From Desulfobacterales bacterium (GTDB lineage Bacteria > Desulfobacterota > Desulfobacteria > Desulfobacterales > UBA2174), in the NCBI GenBank assembly GCA_963668645.2, contig CAXXWC010000013.1, forward strand, positions 224,001 to 288,000: a stretch of 64,000 nt of DNA, given 5' to 3'. The position numbers and the translations under genes are program-made. Position 1 is the first letter of the stretch. The number at the start of each line of letters is the position of its first letter. Of this stretch, positions 19,194 to 29,718 are shown one piece after another. Below the pieces are notes generated by a model. That model saw nothing but the letters and a program-made list of their open reading frames with translations. It was not told the DNA's origin and did no database searches.

Positions 19194-19273
19194 GATCTGT
19201 CATCCCCGGGGCGGTCCAGGGGCATGGTGATCCCCTGCGGCCGCCTGCCGTCAGGACCGGTGGGCGGGCCGGT

Positions 19274-19666
19274 TCAACCCAGAATCGACTTGAGGGTGCT
19301 GGCCAGTTTTTCAGGCTCCACCGGTTTTTCGAGGTAGTACTCCGGTTCCGGCACCGGGGCGCCACCGAATTCAGTCAGGGCTTTCTGCGAACGCAGAAAG
19401 GTTTTTTGGGCGATGCCCGAGAGCACCACCACGCAAATATCCTTGAAATCCTTTTCCGTTTTCAGTTCGCGATACAGGCGGATACCGCTCTGGCGCGGCA
19501 TCAGCACGTCCAGGATCACCAGGTCCGGGCGGGCCTGGCGGATTTTTTCCAGCCCTTCCTCGCCGTTGGACGCTTCCAATACCTCGTAGCCACACTCTTC
19601 GGCCACCGTGGAATTGAATTGGCGCACGTCCGGATCATCGTCCACTACCAGTACCATCTTGGTCAT
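19274..19666 (-). CDS. Single-domain response regulator (receiver only)
   Basis: VLVVDDD, LVILDVLMP, YLEKP; no output domain. Confidence 0.92.
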   Translation of the reverse strand: MTKMVLVVDDDPDVRQFNSTVAEECGYEVLEASNGEEGLEKIRQARPDLVILDVLMPRQSGIRLYRELKTEKDFKDICVVVLSGIAQKTFLRSQKALTEFGGAPVPEPEYYLEKPVEPEKLASTLKSILG

Positions 19667-19669
19667 TAC

Positions 19670-22600
19670 TTAACCTCCCGGCATTGAGGGTTTATCTGAA
19701 TCGAGGGCTGCGGGGGCGGCGCTCGGTGTCGTTGCCGCGGGCAAAATAACGGTGAAACAGGTGCCGATCCCCGGATCGGATCGCACCGCGATGCGGCCGT
19801 GATGCTCCTCGATGAGTTTGCGCGTCACGAGAAGCCCCAGACCCGTTCCCCGGGCGCCCTTGGTGCTGAAAAACGAGGTGAAAAGATGGGCCTTGACGTC
19901 TTCGTTCATCCCCATGCCATTGTCTTCCACCTCGAAAGAGATCGTGTCCCGTTCCGGCCGGGTCGTGCGCACCCAAACCCGGTGGCGCTTGTCCATGTCC
20001 GAATCGAAGGCGCAGGCGTCGATGGCGTTGGAGATCAGGTTGAGCAGCGCCCGGTGGACAATCCGCGCATCGAGAAACACCGTGCCGATGTCATCGGCAA
20101 ACTCCCGGACGATTTCCACCCGGCTTTCCTCGGCCACGCCGGCCATCAGGTCGCAGACCTCAGCGGCGATGGCGTTGGGATTGTTGGGTTCGAACTCCGG
20201 TTCGCGCTCCTTGGAGTACGAGAGCAAATCGAGAACCAGGTCCGAAACGCGGCCGATGTTGCGTTCGACCATGCGCCAGCCGCTGCGCATCTTATCCGTA
20301 TCGGCCCGGTCGATGCCGATCTCCAACAGGTAGCTGCCCCCCTTGAACCCGTGCAGGATGTTCTTGATGCAGTGCGCCATCCCCGCCACGGTCTGACCTA
20401 CGGCAGCCAACCGTTCGGCGTGGAGCAGTTCGCGCTCCAGGTGTTTGATCGGCCGCAAATCCTGAAAAAAGGCCACCGACCCCATGGGCCGGTCCTCCTC
20501 GCGCAAAATGGTCCCCGAATAGCGCACCGGAATCACCTCCCCGTCGCGGTGGGAAACGGTGATCTCCTTCCAGGGAAACTCCCACGACCGGTTGCGGTCG
20601 GTCTCGGCATCCCACAACTCCTCGACCTGATCCGGGTAAAGATCGAAAGCCCGCATCCGGTTGATCGCCTCCTTGGGCGAATAACCGAACAGGCGCTCGG
20701 CTTCCGGATTGAAAAGCACGATGCGCATCTGATCGTCCGTGGCCACGATGGCATCGGTGGAACTGCGGATCAGCTTGGACTGAAAGTTGGATTTGCGTTT
20801 GAGCTCTTCTTGCAGCAGTGCGTTTTCCATGGTCGCCCCGATGCGGTTGCCGGTCAATTCCAGGGTGTAGAGCTCCTCGGGGCTGAAAAAATCAGCATGG
20901 CGGCTGCCCATGCGGATCACGCCGAAGATCTCTTCAGCCGCGGTCCGGATGGGGATGTAGGCCAGGGACCGGATCCCGGCCTGGCGTATGGAGATCTGTT
21001 CGGCCTGGCTGCCGTCGGGGGGGTGGTTGAAAATGGTCACCTCGCCTGTTTTTGCCACTTGCTGGACGATGCTGTCGGCCCCGCAGATCTGGCCGTCGGT
21101 CCCCATGTTCATCATTCCGTGCTGGGATTTCAGGCACCAGCGGCGGTCGGCCCCCAGAATGAAAAGACAGATCTGATCGGTTCCCAGGAAGGCCTGGATT
21201 TCATGCAGGGCCGCGTCGATGCGCTTGTCGATGCTCAGCGGCTGGTTGAGGGCCGTGTAGATGCTCACCAGGGTGGCCAGAAGCTGGGTATGGCGGCGGC
21301 GCTCCGCTTCGGCATGCTTGATTTCCGAGACATCCTGCAGCGTCTCGATGGCCCCGACGATGTTGCCTTCGGGGGACTTGATCGGCGCGGCGGTGAACCA
21401 GCACCACTTGCCGTTGTCTCCAAGCAGGGGCAGGAACTCTTCGGCCTCGTAGGCCCCTTCGATGAGCGCGGAAGGGCGCCAGGCGGATCCGTAGAGCCGC
21501 TGCACCTCTTCTTCCGGAAGCTGATCGAGGATCACATCGGCCATCAGCGGGCGCGGTTTGTCGCGAAAGGGCCGCCAGTGATCCGAGGTGCCAATCATCT
21601 TGGTGCCGGGCATTTCGGTGAGCCGCTCCAGGGCCCGGTTCCAATGGGTCACGATATGGTTCCGGTCGATGACGAAGGTGGGGATGGTGCTCCCCTGGAT
21701 AATCTGGGCCAGCAGGCGTTCGCTTTCGGCCAGACGCTGGTTCTGACGATCGCGCTCTTCGGCGGCTTTTTTCTGGGGGGTGACGTCCTGGATCGTCTCG
21801 ATGGCGCCGACCACCCGGCCGTCCGGGGATTTGATGGGCGCAGCGGTAAACCAGCACCAGCGACCTTCCGGCCCCAGGTTGTCGAAAAAGACCTCCGCTT
21901 CGTAGGCGTCGGCGATCAGCGCCGAGCGGCTCCACCGGTCCCCGTAGAGGCGGCGCATTTGGGCCGCGCCGAGTTGATCGACCACCACGTCGGCCATCGA
22001 AAGCCGGTTTTCTTGCCAGAAAGGGAAGGACTGGCGCCGGGTGCCGACCATCTGTACGGCCCGGGCCCCGGTGAGCCGTTCCATGGCCAGGTTCCAGTGG
22101 GTGATGACATGATCCTGATTGATGACGAAGGTCGGGATCGTGTTGCCCTCGATGATCTGGGCCAAGGTCCGCTGCTGTTTGACCAATTCGCGTTCGATCT
22201 GACAGGCGCGCTGGCTGCGGTGTTTGGCGATGGCGGCGACTCGGTCCACCAGTTCACAGACCAGGGATTCGACCGCCGGAAGGATCTCGGGCAGCTTGCG
22301 CAGCCGCTCGATGGCCTCGGCCCTCAGCCGCGACAGGTGCAGCGCATCCCAGACGACCCGCACGTCGATGTGGTCGATGAACCGCACGCCGGGAGGTATT
22401 TTAGCGCGCAGGATTTGGGACAGTTCATCGTCGTTGGTGATCTCCACCACCGTGGTCAGCCGGGGCAAATCCAGGATCCGGTGGTAGTCGGTAAAGACGG
22501 GGATCGCGCGGGTTTCGGCCAAGCAGGCACCTGGGGCCGTGGGGTCCAGGTCGGCCACGGCCAGAATCTCCGGCGGCCCGGCCGCCGCAGGAGTCTCGAG

Positions 22601-22705
22601 CAAAAAGCCGAGCAGTTCCTGGCAAAAGGCGCCACCCCCGACGATGGCCAAGTGGGTTCCTATCAGTTGATCGATGCGGTCGGTTTGCACGGCAGCGGCG
22701 TCCAT
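19670..22705 (-). CDS. Cytoplasmic sensor histidine kinase (Rossmann-like N-terminus, PAS-PAS-GAF-PAS-HisKA-HATPase)
   Basis: AHCIKNIL H-box, NLISNAIDA, DNGMGM, FFSTK, GTGLGL; two closely similar PAS repeats; no obvious TM helix. Confidence 0.92.
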   Translation of the reverse strand: MDAAAVQTDRIDQLIGTHLAIVGGGAFCQELLGFLLETPAAAGPPEILAVADLDPTAPGACLAETRAIPVFTDYHRILDLPRLTTVVEITNDDELSQILRAKIPPGVRFIDHIDVRVVWDALHLSRLRAEAIERLRKLPEILPAVESLVCELVDRVAAIAKHRSQRACQIERELVKQQRTLAQIIEGNTIPTFVINQDHVITHWNLAMERLTGARAVQMVGTRRQSFPFWQENRLSMADVVVDQLGAAQMRRLYGDRWSRSALIADAYEAEVFFDNLGPEGRWCWFTAAPIKSPDGRVVGAIETIQDVTPQKKAAEERDRQNQRLAESERLLAQIIQGSTIPTFVIDRNHIVTHWNRALERLTEMPGTKMIGTSDHWRPFRDKPRPLMADVILDQLPEEEVQRLYGSAWRPSALIEGAYEAEEFLPLLGDNGKWCWFTAAPIKSPEGNIVGAIETLQDVSEIKHAEAERRRHTQLLATLVSIYTALNQPLSIDKRIDAALHEIQAFLGTDQICLFILGADRRWCLKSQHGMMNMGTDGQICGADSIVQQVAKTGEVTIFNHPPDGSQAEQISIRQAGIRSLAYIPIRTAAEEIFGVIRMGSRHADFFSPEELYTLELTGNRIGATMENALLQEELKRKSNFQSKLIRSSTDAIVATDDQMRIVLFNPEAERLFGYSPKEAINRMRAFDLYPDQVEELWDAETDRNRSWEFPWKEITVSHRDGEVIPVRYSGTILREEDRPMGSVAFFQDLRPIKHLERELLHAERLAAVGQTVAGMAHCIKNILHGFKGGSYLLEIGIDRADTDKMRSGWRMVERNIGRVSDLVLDLLSYSKEREPEFEPNNPNAIAAEVCDLMAGVAEESRVEIVREFADDIGTVFLDARIVHRALLNLISNAIDACAFDSDMDKRHRVWVRTTRPERDTISFEVEDNGMGMNEDVKAHLFTSFFSTKGARGTGLGLLVTRKLIEEHHGRIAVRSDPGIGTCFTVILPAATTPSAAPAALDSDKPSMPGG

Positions 22706-22709
22706 TGTC

Positions 22710-23600
22710 TCAGGGGATGACGAGTACCGGCCGTTCGGCCATTTCGGCCACGCGATGGGAAACACCGCCGAGCCAGTACTCTTCGAACCAGTCCTTGCCG
22801 GTACGGCCCATCACGATCAGGCTGGCCTCCCGATCGCGGGCGCAGCGAATGATCTGGGCGGCCGTCGGACCGCTTTCCAGGTGGGGTTCGGCCGGGATTC
22901 CGGCCGAATGCAGGCGCCGGCAGTCCGCCTCGAGATGCTCGCGGCACCGGGCCTCCAGGGTCGCAACGGCGGCCGCATCGAAGTCGGCGATGCGGCGCCG
23001 GCCGATAATGTGGCCCACCAAGGCGGATTCCACCAGCGGTCGAAGGGCCAGGATGGCTTCAAGGCCGCGTTGGGAAGGCTCCGACCAGTCGGTGGCCAGC
23101 ATGGGCCGGGCAAAGATGCGCGCGTTGGTACGCGTTTGCACCGTGCCGTCCTCGATCCGGTACGGGGCGCGATACTTGGCCATCAGCAAAGGAACCGGCG
23201 TGCGCCGCACCAGATCCAGTACGTGGCTGCCGACATAGATCTTTTCGAAGCTGGTACGGGATTTACGCCCCGTGACGATCAGGTCGATTTTCTCAGCGGC
23301 GGCGATTTGCAGCAGGGTGGGGTTGACCTCGCCCACCGGCACCTGCCACACAGCCTCGATCCCGGCCTCGACCAGAACGGCGGACCACTGGCGGAAGGTC
23401 TCCTCGGCCATCCGGCGCAGGCGTTCCTCTTCGTCCTTCTGGTAGCCGCCGAAAGGGGTGAACGCGACTTCCTCGCGGGGGATGACGTAGACCATGACCA
23501 CGCGGCGCAGGCCGGCTGCGGCCAGCGGCAGCAGGGCCTTGAGGCTGTCGAGGGCCTCATCGCGAAAACGGGTGTGAAAGAGTGCCGATTCGAAGATCAT
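22710..23600 (-). CDS. Universal stress protein (tandem USP domains)
   Basis: IDLIVTG...VGSH, LATDWS, VMGRTG...LGGVS, RPVLVIP. Confidence 0.9.
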   Translation of the reverse strand: MIFESALFHTRFRDEALDSLKALLPLAAAGLRRVVMVYVIPREEVAFTPFGGYQKDEEERLRRMAEETFRQWSAVLVEAGIEAVWQVPVGEVNPTLLQIAAAEKIDLIVTGRKSRTSFEKIYVGSHVLDLVRRTPVPLLMAKYRAPYRIEDGTVQTRTNARIFARPMLATDWSEPSQRGLEAILALRPLVESALVGHIIGRRRIADFDAAAVATLEARCREHLEADCRRLHSAGIPAEPHLESGPTAAQIIRCARDREASLIVMGRTGKDWFEEYWLGGVSHRVAEMAERPVLVIP

Positions 23601-23648
23601 GGTCGATACCTCGCAGGTCCGGGGCAGTGTTCCGGCCCGCCCGAGGGG

Positions 23649-25091
23649 TTAGAAAAAAATCCAGGTCACCAGCACGAAACAGGGCAGCAGGAAGACCAGG
23701 GCGTACTTTAGAATATACCCGAAAAAGCTCGGCATGGGGGTTCCGGCTTCCTCGGCGATGGAGCGCACCATGAAGTTGGGGGCGTTGCCGATGTAGCTGC
23801 ACGCGCCGAAAAAAACCGCGCCTGTGGAGATGGCCTTCAGATAAACGGCCTTTTCGCCCATCATGAGCGCCACGGCCTGCGGTTCGGGCAGGCCCGCGGC
23901 GAAGCTGCCGATTGCGGTGTTGAAAAAGGTCAGATATGTCGGTGCGTTGTCCAAAAAGGACGAGAGTATTCCGGTGATCCAGAAGTAGTGCACCGGCTGT
24001 TGGACAACGGCCATCAAGAAGGCCAGAGCCCCCTGGCTGCCGGCCTTTAGAATCAGCAGGCAGGGGATCATGGTAATGAAGATGCCGATAAAAAGGTAGG
24101 CCACCTCGACGATGGGAAACCAGGTGAAATCGTTGCGCTCGCGCGTCTCGACGCGGGTCGTGACCATGGACAAAAGTCCCATGATCACCAGCAGCAGGTC
24201 GCGGAAATAATCCTGGACGCTGCGGGCTATGCCGAACAACTCGATGGTGCCCAGCTTGGCCATCCCGCTCATGAGCACCGCCAGCACGATACCGAGGATG
24301 AAGATGAAGTTGTGGGCCCCTTCCAGCCGCAGCGGCACCTTGTCGTCAGCGGCCGGGGCCGGTTTTTCGCGCCGGTAAAAGTAGGTGTCGGTAACGAAGT
24401 AGACCGCCAGCAGGATTCCTGCCGCCAGCAGCATGTGTGGCAAAATTTTCAGGGTCCAGAAGAACGAAACGCCGTGGAGAAATCCCAGGAAAAGAGGCGG
24501 GTCGCCCAAGGGGGTCAGGGCGCCGCCGATATTGGCCACCACGAAGATGAAAAAGACCACCATGAAGGTCCGCTGCTTGCGGTGGCGATTGGCGCGCAAA
24601 AAGGGGCGGATCATCAGCATGGCCGCACCGGTGGTGCCCATCCATGAGGCTAGGACCGTGCCGATTGCCAGCATCAGGGTATTGACCAGGGGAGTGCCGC
24701 GCAAGGTGCCGGAAAGCAGGATTCCGCCCGACACCGTATAGAGCGACCAGAGCAGGATGATAAAAGGGACGTAGTCGGCCATCAGGATGTGAAGGATCTC
24801 ATGAAAAGCCGTGCCGCGGAAGGCCCAAAGGAATGGAAGGGCCAGGCTGGCGGCCCAAAAAAAGGAGATCTTGCCGAAATGATGGTGCCAGAATCGCGGC
24901 ACCAGCAGCGGCAGCAGAGCGATGGAAAGCAGCATGCCGGCAAAAGGGAGGCAGCTCCAGATGGGCAGGATTTCACCCAGATGACCATGGCCGTGGTCGG
25001 CCGCGACGGCGGGCTCGGCGAAAATGAGAAGAGCAATCCCCATTAAGGCGGCCGGCGCCAGGCACATGGGCCGCGACCCGCTTCTCATCAA
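23649..25091 (-). CDS. IT-superfamily membrane transporter (putative Na+/H+ antiporter / CitMHS-like)
   Basis: Many TM helices; NIGGALTPLGDPPLFLGFL, SSFLDNAPTY, YIGNAPNFMV. Confidence 0.8.
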   Translation of the reverse strand: MMRSGSRPMCLAPAALMGIALLIFAEPAVAADHGHGHLGEILPIWSCLPFAGMLLSIALLPLLVPRFWHHHFGKISFFWAASLALPFLWAFRGTAFHEILHILMADYVPFIILLWSLYTVSGGILLSGTLRGTPLVNTLMLAIGTVLASWMGTTGAAMLMIRPFLRANRHRKQRTFMVVFFIFVVANIGGALTPLGDPPLFLGFLHGVSFFWTLKILPHMLLAAGILLAVYFVTDTYFYRREKPAPAADDKVPLRLEGAHNFIFILGIVLAVLMSGMAKLGTIELFGIARSVQDYFRDLLLVIMGLLSMVTTRVETRERNDFTWFPIVEVAYLFIGIFITMIPCLLILKAGSQGALAFLMAVVQQPVHYFWITGILSSFLDNAPTYLTFFNTAIGSFAAGLPEPQAVALMMGEKAVYLKAISTGAVFFGACSYIGNAPNFMVRSIAEEAGTPMPSFFGYILKYALVFLLPCFVLVTWIFF

Positions 25092-25276
25092 CGTGTCTCC
25101 TCGGCGATACTACTCAGGCGGTTTGCCGCTGCAGTATGGATCGTTTGCCGGAGCGGTCTGCGTTTGGTCCAGGGTCCGAACAGGTGCGCCGGCTGCCGCT
25201 TCGACCTGGTTCGACTTTAATAAGATGTTCAAGGGCAATTTGGGTATCGGCTAACTCTTTTATTTCGCAGTAAAAT

Positions 25277-25306
25277 ACGATATCAGAGGCCGTTTTCAAA
25301 TGTCAA
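25277..25306 (-). promoter_or_regulatory. sigma70 promoter for the transporter-USP-kinase locus
   Basis: TTGACA-18 nt-TATCGT with TG extension, divergent from the panC promoter. Confidence 0.5.
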
Positions 25307-25341
25307 GTGGCAATCAGGATAGACTCAGGCCGGATCTTTTA

Positions 25342-25371
25342 TTGACAAAATATCCGGCTCTGTTTTAGCGT
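25342..25371 (+). promoter_or_regulatory. sigma70 promoter for panC-metK
   Basis: TTGACA-18 nt-TAGCGT. Confidence 0.45.
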
Positions 25372-25453
25372 GGCACCTTGTTTTTAGGCCTTTTGGCGTG
25401 TTTGGGCTGGGCTGTCCGGCGCTCGGGCGCCCCTTTCAATCAGGAGAACCACC

Positions 25454-26323
25454 ATCGATACGATTACTTCGATCCGCCAGATGCAGCTGCAGTCGGATAC
25501 CTGGCGTCGTGAAGGACTTTGCATCGGCCTGGTGCCGACCATGGGATTTCTTCATGACGGCCACCTCTCTTTGGTCCGCCTGGCCAGGCAGGCGGCAGAC
25601 CGGTTGGTGGTGAGCATTTTCGTCAATCCCGCCCAGTTCGCACCCCACGAGGACCTGGCCACCTACCCGCAAGATCCGGAGCGGGACTGCCGCCTGCTGG
25701 AGGCCGAGGGCGTGGATATCGTGTTTATGCCCGAGGCCGGCGACGTATACCCTCAAGGGTACCAGACCCGCGTGCTGCTCGACCATCTGCCCGAACACCT
25801 TTGCGGAATCAGCCGCCCGCTCTTTTTCGGCGGGGTGGCCACCGTGGTGACCAAGCTGTTCAACATCGTCAAACCGCATCTGGCCGTTTTCGGTGAAAAG
25901 GACTACCAGCAGTTGCTGGTAATCCGCCGTCTGGTGGCGGATCTGAACATGGATGTGCGCATTCTGGGCGGCCCGACGGTGCGCGAGGCCGATGGCCTGG
26001 CCATGAGCTCACGCAATGCTTACCTTACTGCCGATGAGCGGCCGTCCGCCTTGACCCTGAACCGTGCCTTGAGGCTCGCTGCCCGGCTGGTGGCCGAGGG
26101 TGAGCGCCGGGCGGAAGTCGTCCTGGACCGGGCCCGCGAACTGATCGGAGCCATGCCCGGCACCCAGATCGACTATATGGCCATCTGTGATCCCCGGTCC
26201 CTGGCGGATGTCGCCGTTATCGAGGAGCCGGTGCGCATGGCGCTGGCCGTCAAAGTGGGCCGAACCCGCTTGATCGACAATCTGGCCCTGGTACCGCCGG
26301 GGGCTGCGGAATCCCGAGAATAG
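25454..26323 (+). CDS. panC: Pantoate--beta-alanine ligase (probable ATC start at 25454; first ATG at 25481)
   Basis: [41 protein letters not shown]. Confidence 0.97.
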   Translation: MDTITSIRQMQLQSDTWRREGLCIGLVPTMGFLHDGHLSLVRLARQAADRLVVSIFVNPAQFAPHEDLATYPQDPERDCRLLEAEGVDIVFMPEAGDVYPQGYQTRVLLDHLPEHLCGISRPLFFGGVATVVTKLFNIVKPHLAVFGEKDYQQLLVIRRLVADLNMDVRILGGPTVREADGLAMSSRNAYLTADERPSALTLNRALRLAARLVAEGERRAEVVLDRARELIGAMPGTQIDYMAICDPRSLADVAVIEEPVRMALAVKVGRTRLIDNLALVPPGAAESRE

Positions 26324-26333
26324 GAGTCTTAAG

Positions 26334-27503
<1,170 letters not shown>

Positions 27504-27530
27504 TCCTGAGGTCTGGGACGGTACCTTCGA

Positions 27531-27572
27531 AAGGCCGCGTCTCGCGAGGGGGCGCGGCCTTTGGTGTTTTTT
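27531..27572 (+). terminator. Intrinsic terminator after metK
   Basis: AAGGCCGCG...CGCGGCCTT hairpin followed by a T-rich tract. Confidence 0.65.
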
Positions 27573-27605
27573 CAGGCCTGTGATGAAGCCCCCTAAAGGC
27601 GGGGA

Positions 27606-28556
27606 TCATTTTTTAGCGGGCGGCGGATCGAGCACCACCACCACCTGGCAGGTGCGCAGGAAAGCCAAATGCGCCGAAACGCCATGCAGGGCGGCAGCAT
27701 CCGAGCGGGTGACGATCAATTCGGTCCGGCTGGGACCGGCACTGCGCAACGCCTTTATCAGCAGCGGGTTCTCGCCGATGCGCGCCTCCCGGCGCGCTGC
27801 TTCAAGATCGGTCAGATAGGCGCACATTCCCGATTGGACGGCGAATTCACGGCTGACAAAGGCCGGCCCGAAAACCTCGACTCCGTTTTCGTCACGGATG
27901 GTCAGTACCATGGCCGGGTGCAGATCCGTGCCGCGGGCGTCCACAAGCAGGCCGGTGCGCCGGCCCTCGGGCGCAACGCTGGCCACCGGGGCCCCCACCG
28001 GCTGCACCGGTTGAACCTCGCGCAGGTCAGCCGGCAGAACCATCTGGCTCAAAGCCCCGGTCATCGGCAGGGCCACTGTTGCACTGGCCGGGCCCTGAGA
28101 CGGATCGGTCTCATCGATTACCTGGGCTGCGGCGGTCAACTCGGCCAACCGGGCTGCCAGTGGGGCGTCCGCCTCGGCCAGATCGCCGATTCGTCTTCGG
28201 GCGTCGACCTGGACCGCCATCAGGGCCGTGGCGAGGTTGGAGCGGGCTTGCTGCCGGGCGGCATCCAGCGGTGTCGCGCCGTCGGTGGATGCATCTGAGG
28301 GCAGCGTTGCGGTGGCGATGACCCGGGCCGCCGTCCAGTCGATGCGGGCCGCTTCCAGAGGTTCGATCCATCCGCTTGCAGCGGGCGGCAAGTCTGCAGC
28401 CATGGCCGAGCCGGCAATCAGGAAGATCGCCATGAGTCCGCTGCGCCAGAAAAGGAGCCGGTTTTTCGGTTTCGAGGTAAAAGCACGTCTGACGGTAGTC
28501 AGCGTCGCAGGAAGATGATTCCCCGGTGGATGTCGCTTGCCGTTTTGTTCGGTCAA
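27606..28556 (-). CDS. Conserved hypothetical exported protein (LPP20-like); start uncertain
   Basis: Signal-like segment; TGLLVDARG...PAM...DENG.EVFG motif. Confidence 0.65.
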   Translation of the reverse strand: MTEQNGKRHPPGNHLPATLTTVRRAFTSKPKNRLLFWRSGLMAIFLIAGSAMAADLPPAASGWIEPLEAARIDWTAARVIATATLPSDASTDGATPLDAARQQARSNLATALMAVQVDARRRIGDLAEADAPLAARLAELTAAAQVIDETDPSQGPASATVALPMTGALSQMVLPADLREVQPVQPVGAPVASVAPEGRRTGLLVDARGTDLHPAMVLTIRDENGVEVFGPAFVSREFAVQSGMCAYLTDLEAARREARIGENPLLIKALRSAGPSRTELIVTRSDAAALHGVSAHLAFLRTCQVVVVLDPPPAKK

Positions 28557-28594
28557 AGACGGTCCCTCCGCTAGATATGAAAACCACCGCCGGT

Positions 28595-29446
28595 TTAGAC
28601 CCTGCCGCCGGACCAGCGCAATTTGGTCTTGAGCACATCAAAGTACTGGCGGCCGGCGATTTCGATGAGTTGCACCGGTTCACGACTTTTTCGGACCGTG
28701 ATTTCGTCCTGTTCGCCGATGGCCAGGCCGACCTGACCGTCAAAGGTCAGAGCGATATCGGTGGACCCTGCGGCCAGCCGGATACGGATCGAGACCGCAT
28801 CCGGGACGATCAGGGGTCTGTTGGTGAGGGTGAACGGGCAAATGGGGGTCAGGATGATACCGGGAACTTCCGGGTGAAGCACCGGGCCGCCGGCGGCCAG
28901 TGAATAGGCCGTGGAGCCGGTGGGGGTCGCCACGATCAAGCCGTCGGCCCGATAGTCGGTCAAGTAGTGCCCGTCGATAAAAGTCTCGATACAGGCCAGC
29001 CGTGCCAGGGCGCCTTTGTTGATTACCAGGTCGTTGAGCACTGTTTCGCGGGCCACAGTCTGCCCGTTGCGTTCGACCTGGACCTGCAAGCGCATCCGAG
29101 AGCGGGTTTCAAATCCATGGTCGAGGATTTCTTCGACCGCCGCCATCATCTGGCTTTCAGAGACGGCGGCCAGAAATCCGACCTCGCCGAACTTTATGCC
29201 GAGCACCGGAACCGGGTGCGGGCCGAGCCAGCGTACGGCGCTCAGGAAGGTGCCGTCGCCTCCCAGCACGATCACCATCGCCATGTCACGCGGTGCGCTG
29301 GAAACCGCCAGCGGTGAATGCGTCCCCTGCGGGGGGCGGGGGTGGTGCCAAACCACCGCGATCCCGCGCCCGGCCAGCATGGCGGCCAGGGCATCAGCCC
29401 TTTCCGCGGCCACCGGGTCCGTTTTGACAACCAGCCCGATTTTCAT
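28595..29446 (-). CDS. nadK: NAD kinase
   Basis: [32 protein letters not shown]. Confidence 0.97.
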   Translation of the reverse strand: MKIGLVVKTDPVAAERADALAAMLAGRGIAVVWHHPRPPQGTHSPLAVSSAPRDMAMVIVLGGDGTFLSAVRWLGPHPVPVLGIKFGEVGFLAAVSESQMMAAVEEILDHGFETRSRMRLQVQVERNGQTVARETVLNDLVINKGALARLACIETFIDGHYLTDYRADGLIVATPTGSTAYSLAAGGPVLHPEVPGIILTPICPFTLTNRPLIVPDAVSIRIRLAAGSTDIALTFDGQVGLAIGEQDEITVRKSREPVQLIEIAGRQYFDVLKTKLRWSGGRV

Positions 29447-29573
29447 CCGTCTCCCCAAACCTGTCGCGTCTGCCCGTCGCTTAGCACATCGCGCCAGCCA
29501 TGCTAACGGGAAAGGCGTTGCCCAGCAACCTTTTTTTCCGCAGCCTGCGCTTGTTTTGTGACCAGTTTTGGCC

Positions 29574-29602
29574 TTGACGCACCTTGCTAAACCGTCTATA
29601 AC
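29574..29602 (+). promoter_or_regulatory. sigma70 promoter for the liv operon
   Basis: TTGACG-17 nt-TATAAC. Confidence 0.6.
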
Positions 29603-29718
29603 CATCTAAATTTAAGCAAAGTTGTGTTTACTTTGGAGCAAATAGGGCGGGGGGCCGTTGTCGATTGCGGCCTCCGTTCATTTCAACCCTTACTCGAATG
29701 GCGGAGGAGGATTTGGCG

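Noticed and set aside
19799..22720. Long antisense and alternate-frame ORFs (973 aa here; also 39914-41719, 40258-41916, 43617-45689, 52153-54018, 61059-62699)
   Set aside because: Shadow ORFs of well-supported genes, expected in high-GC DNA; no recognisable motifs
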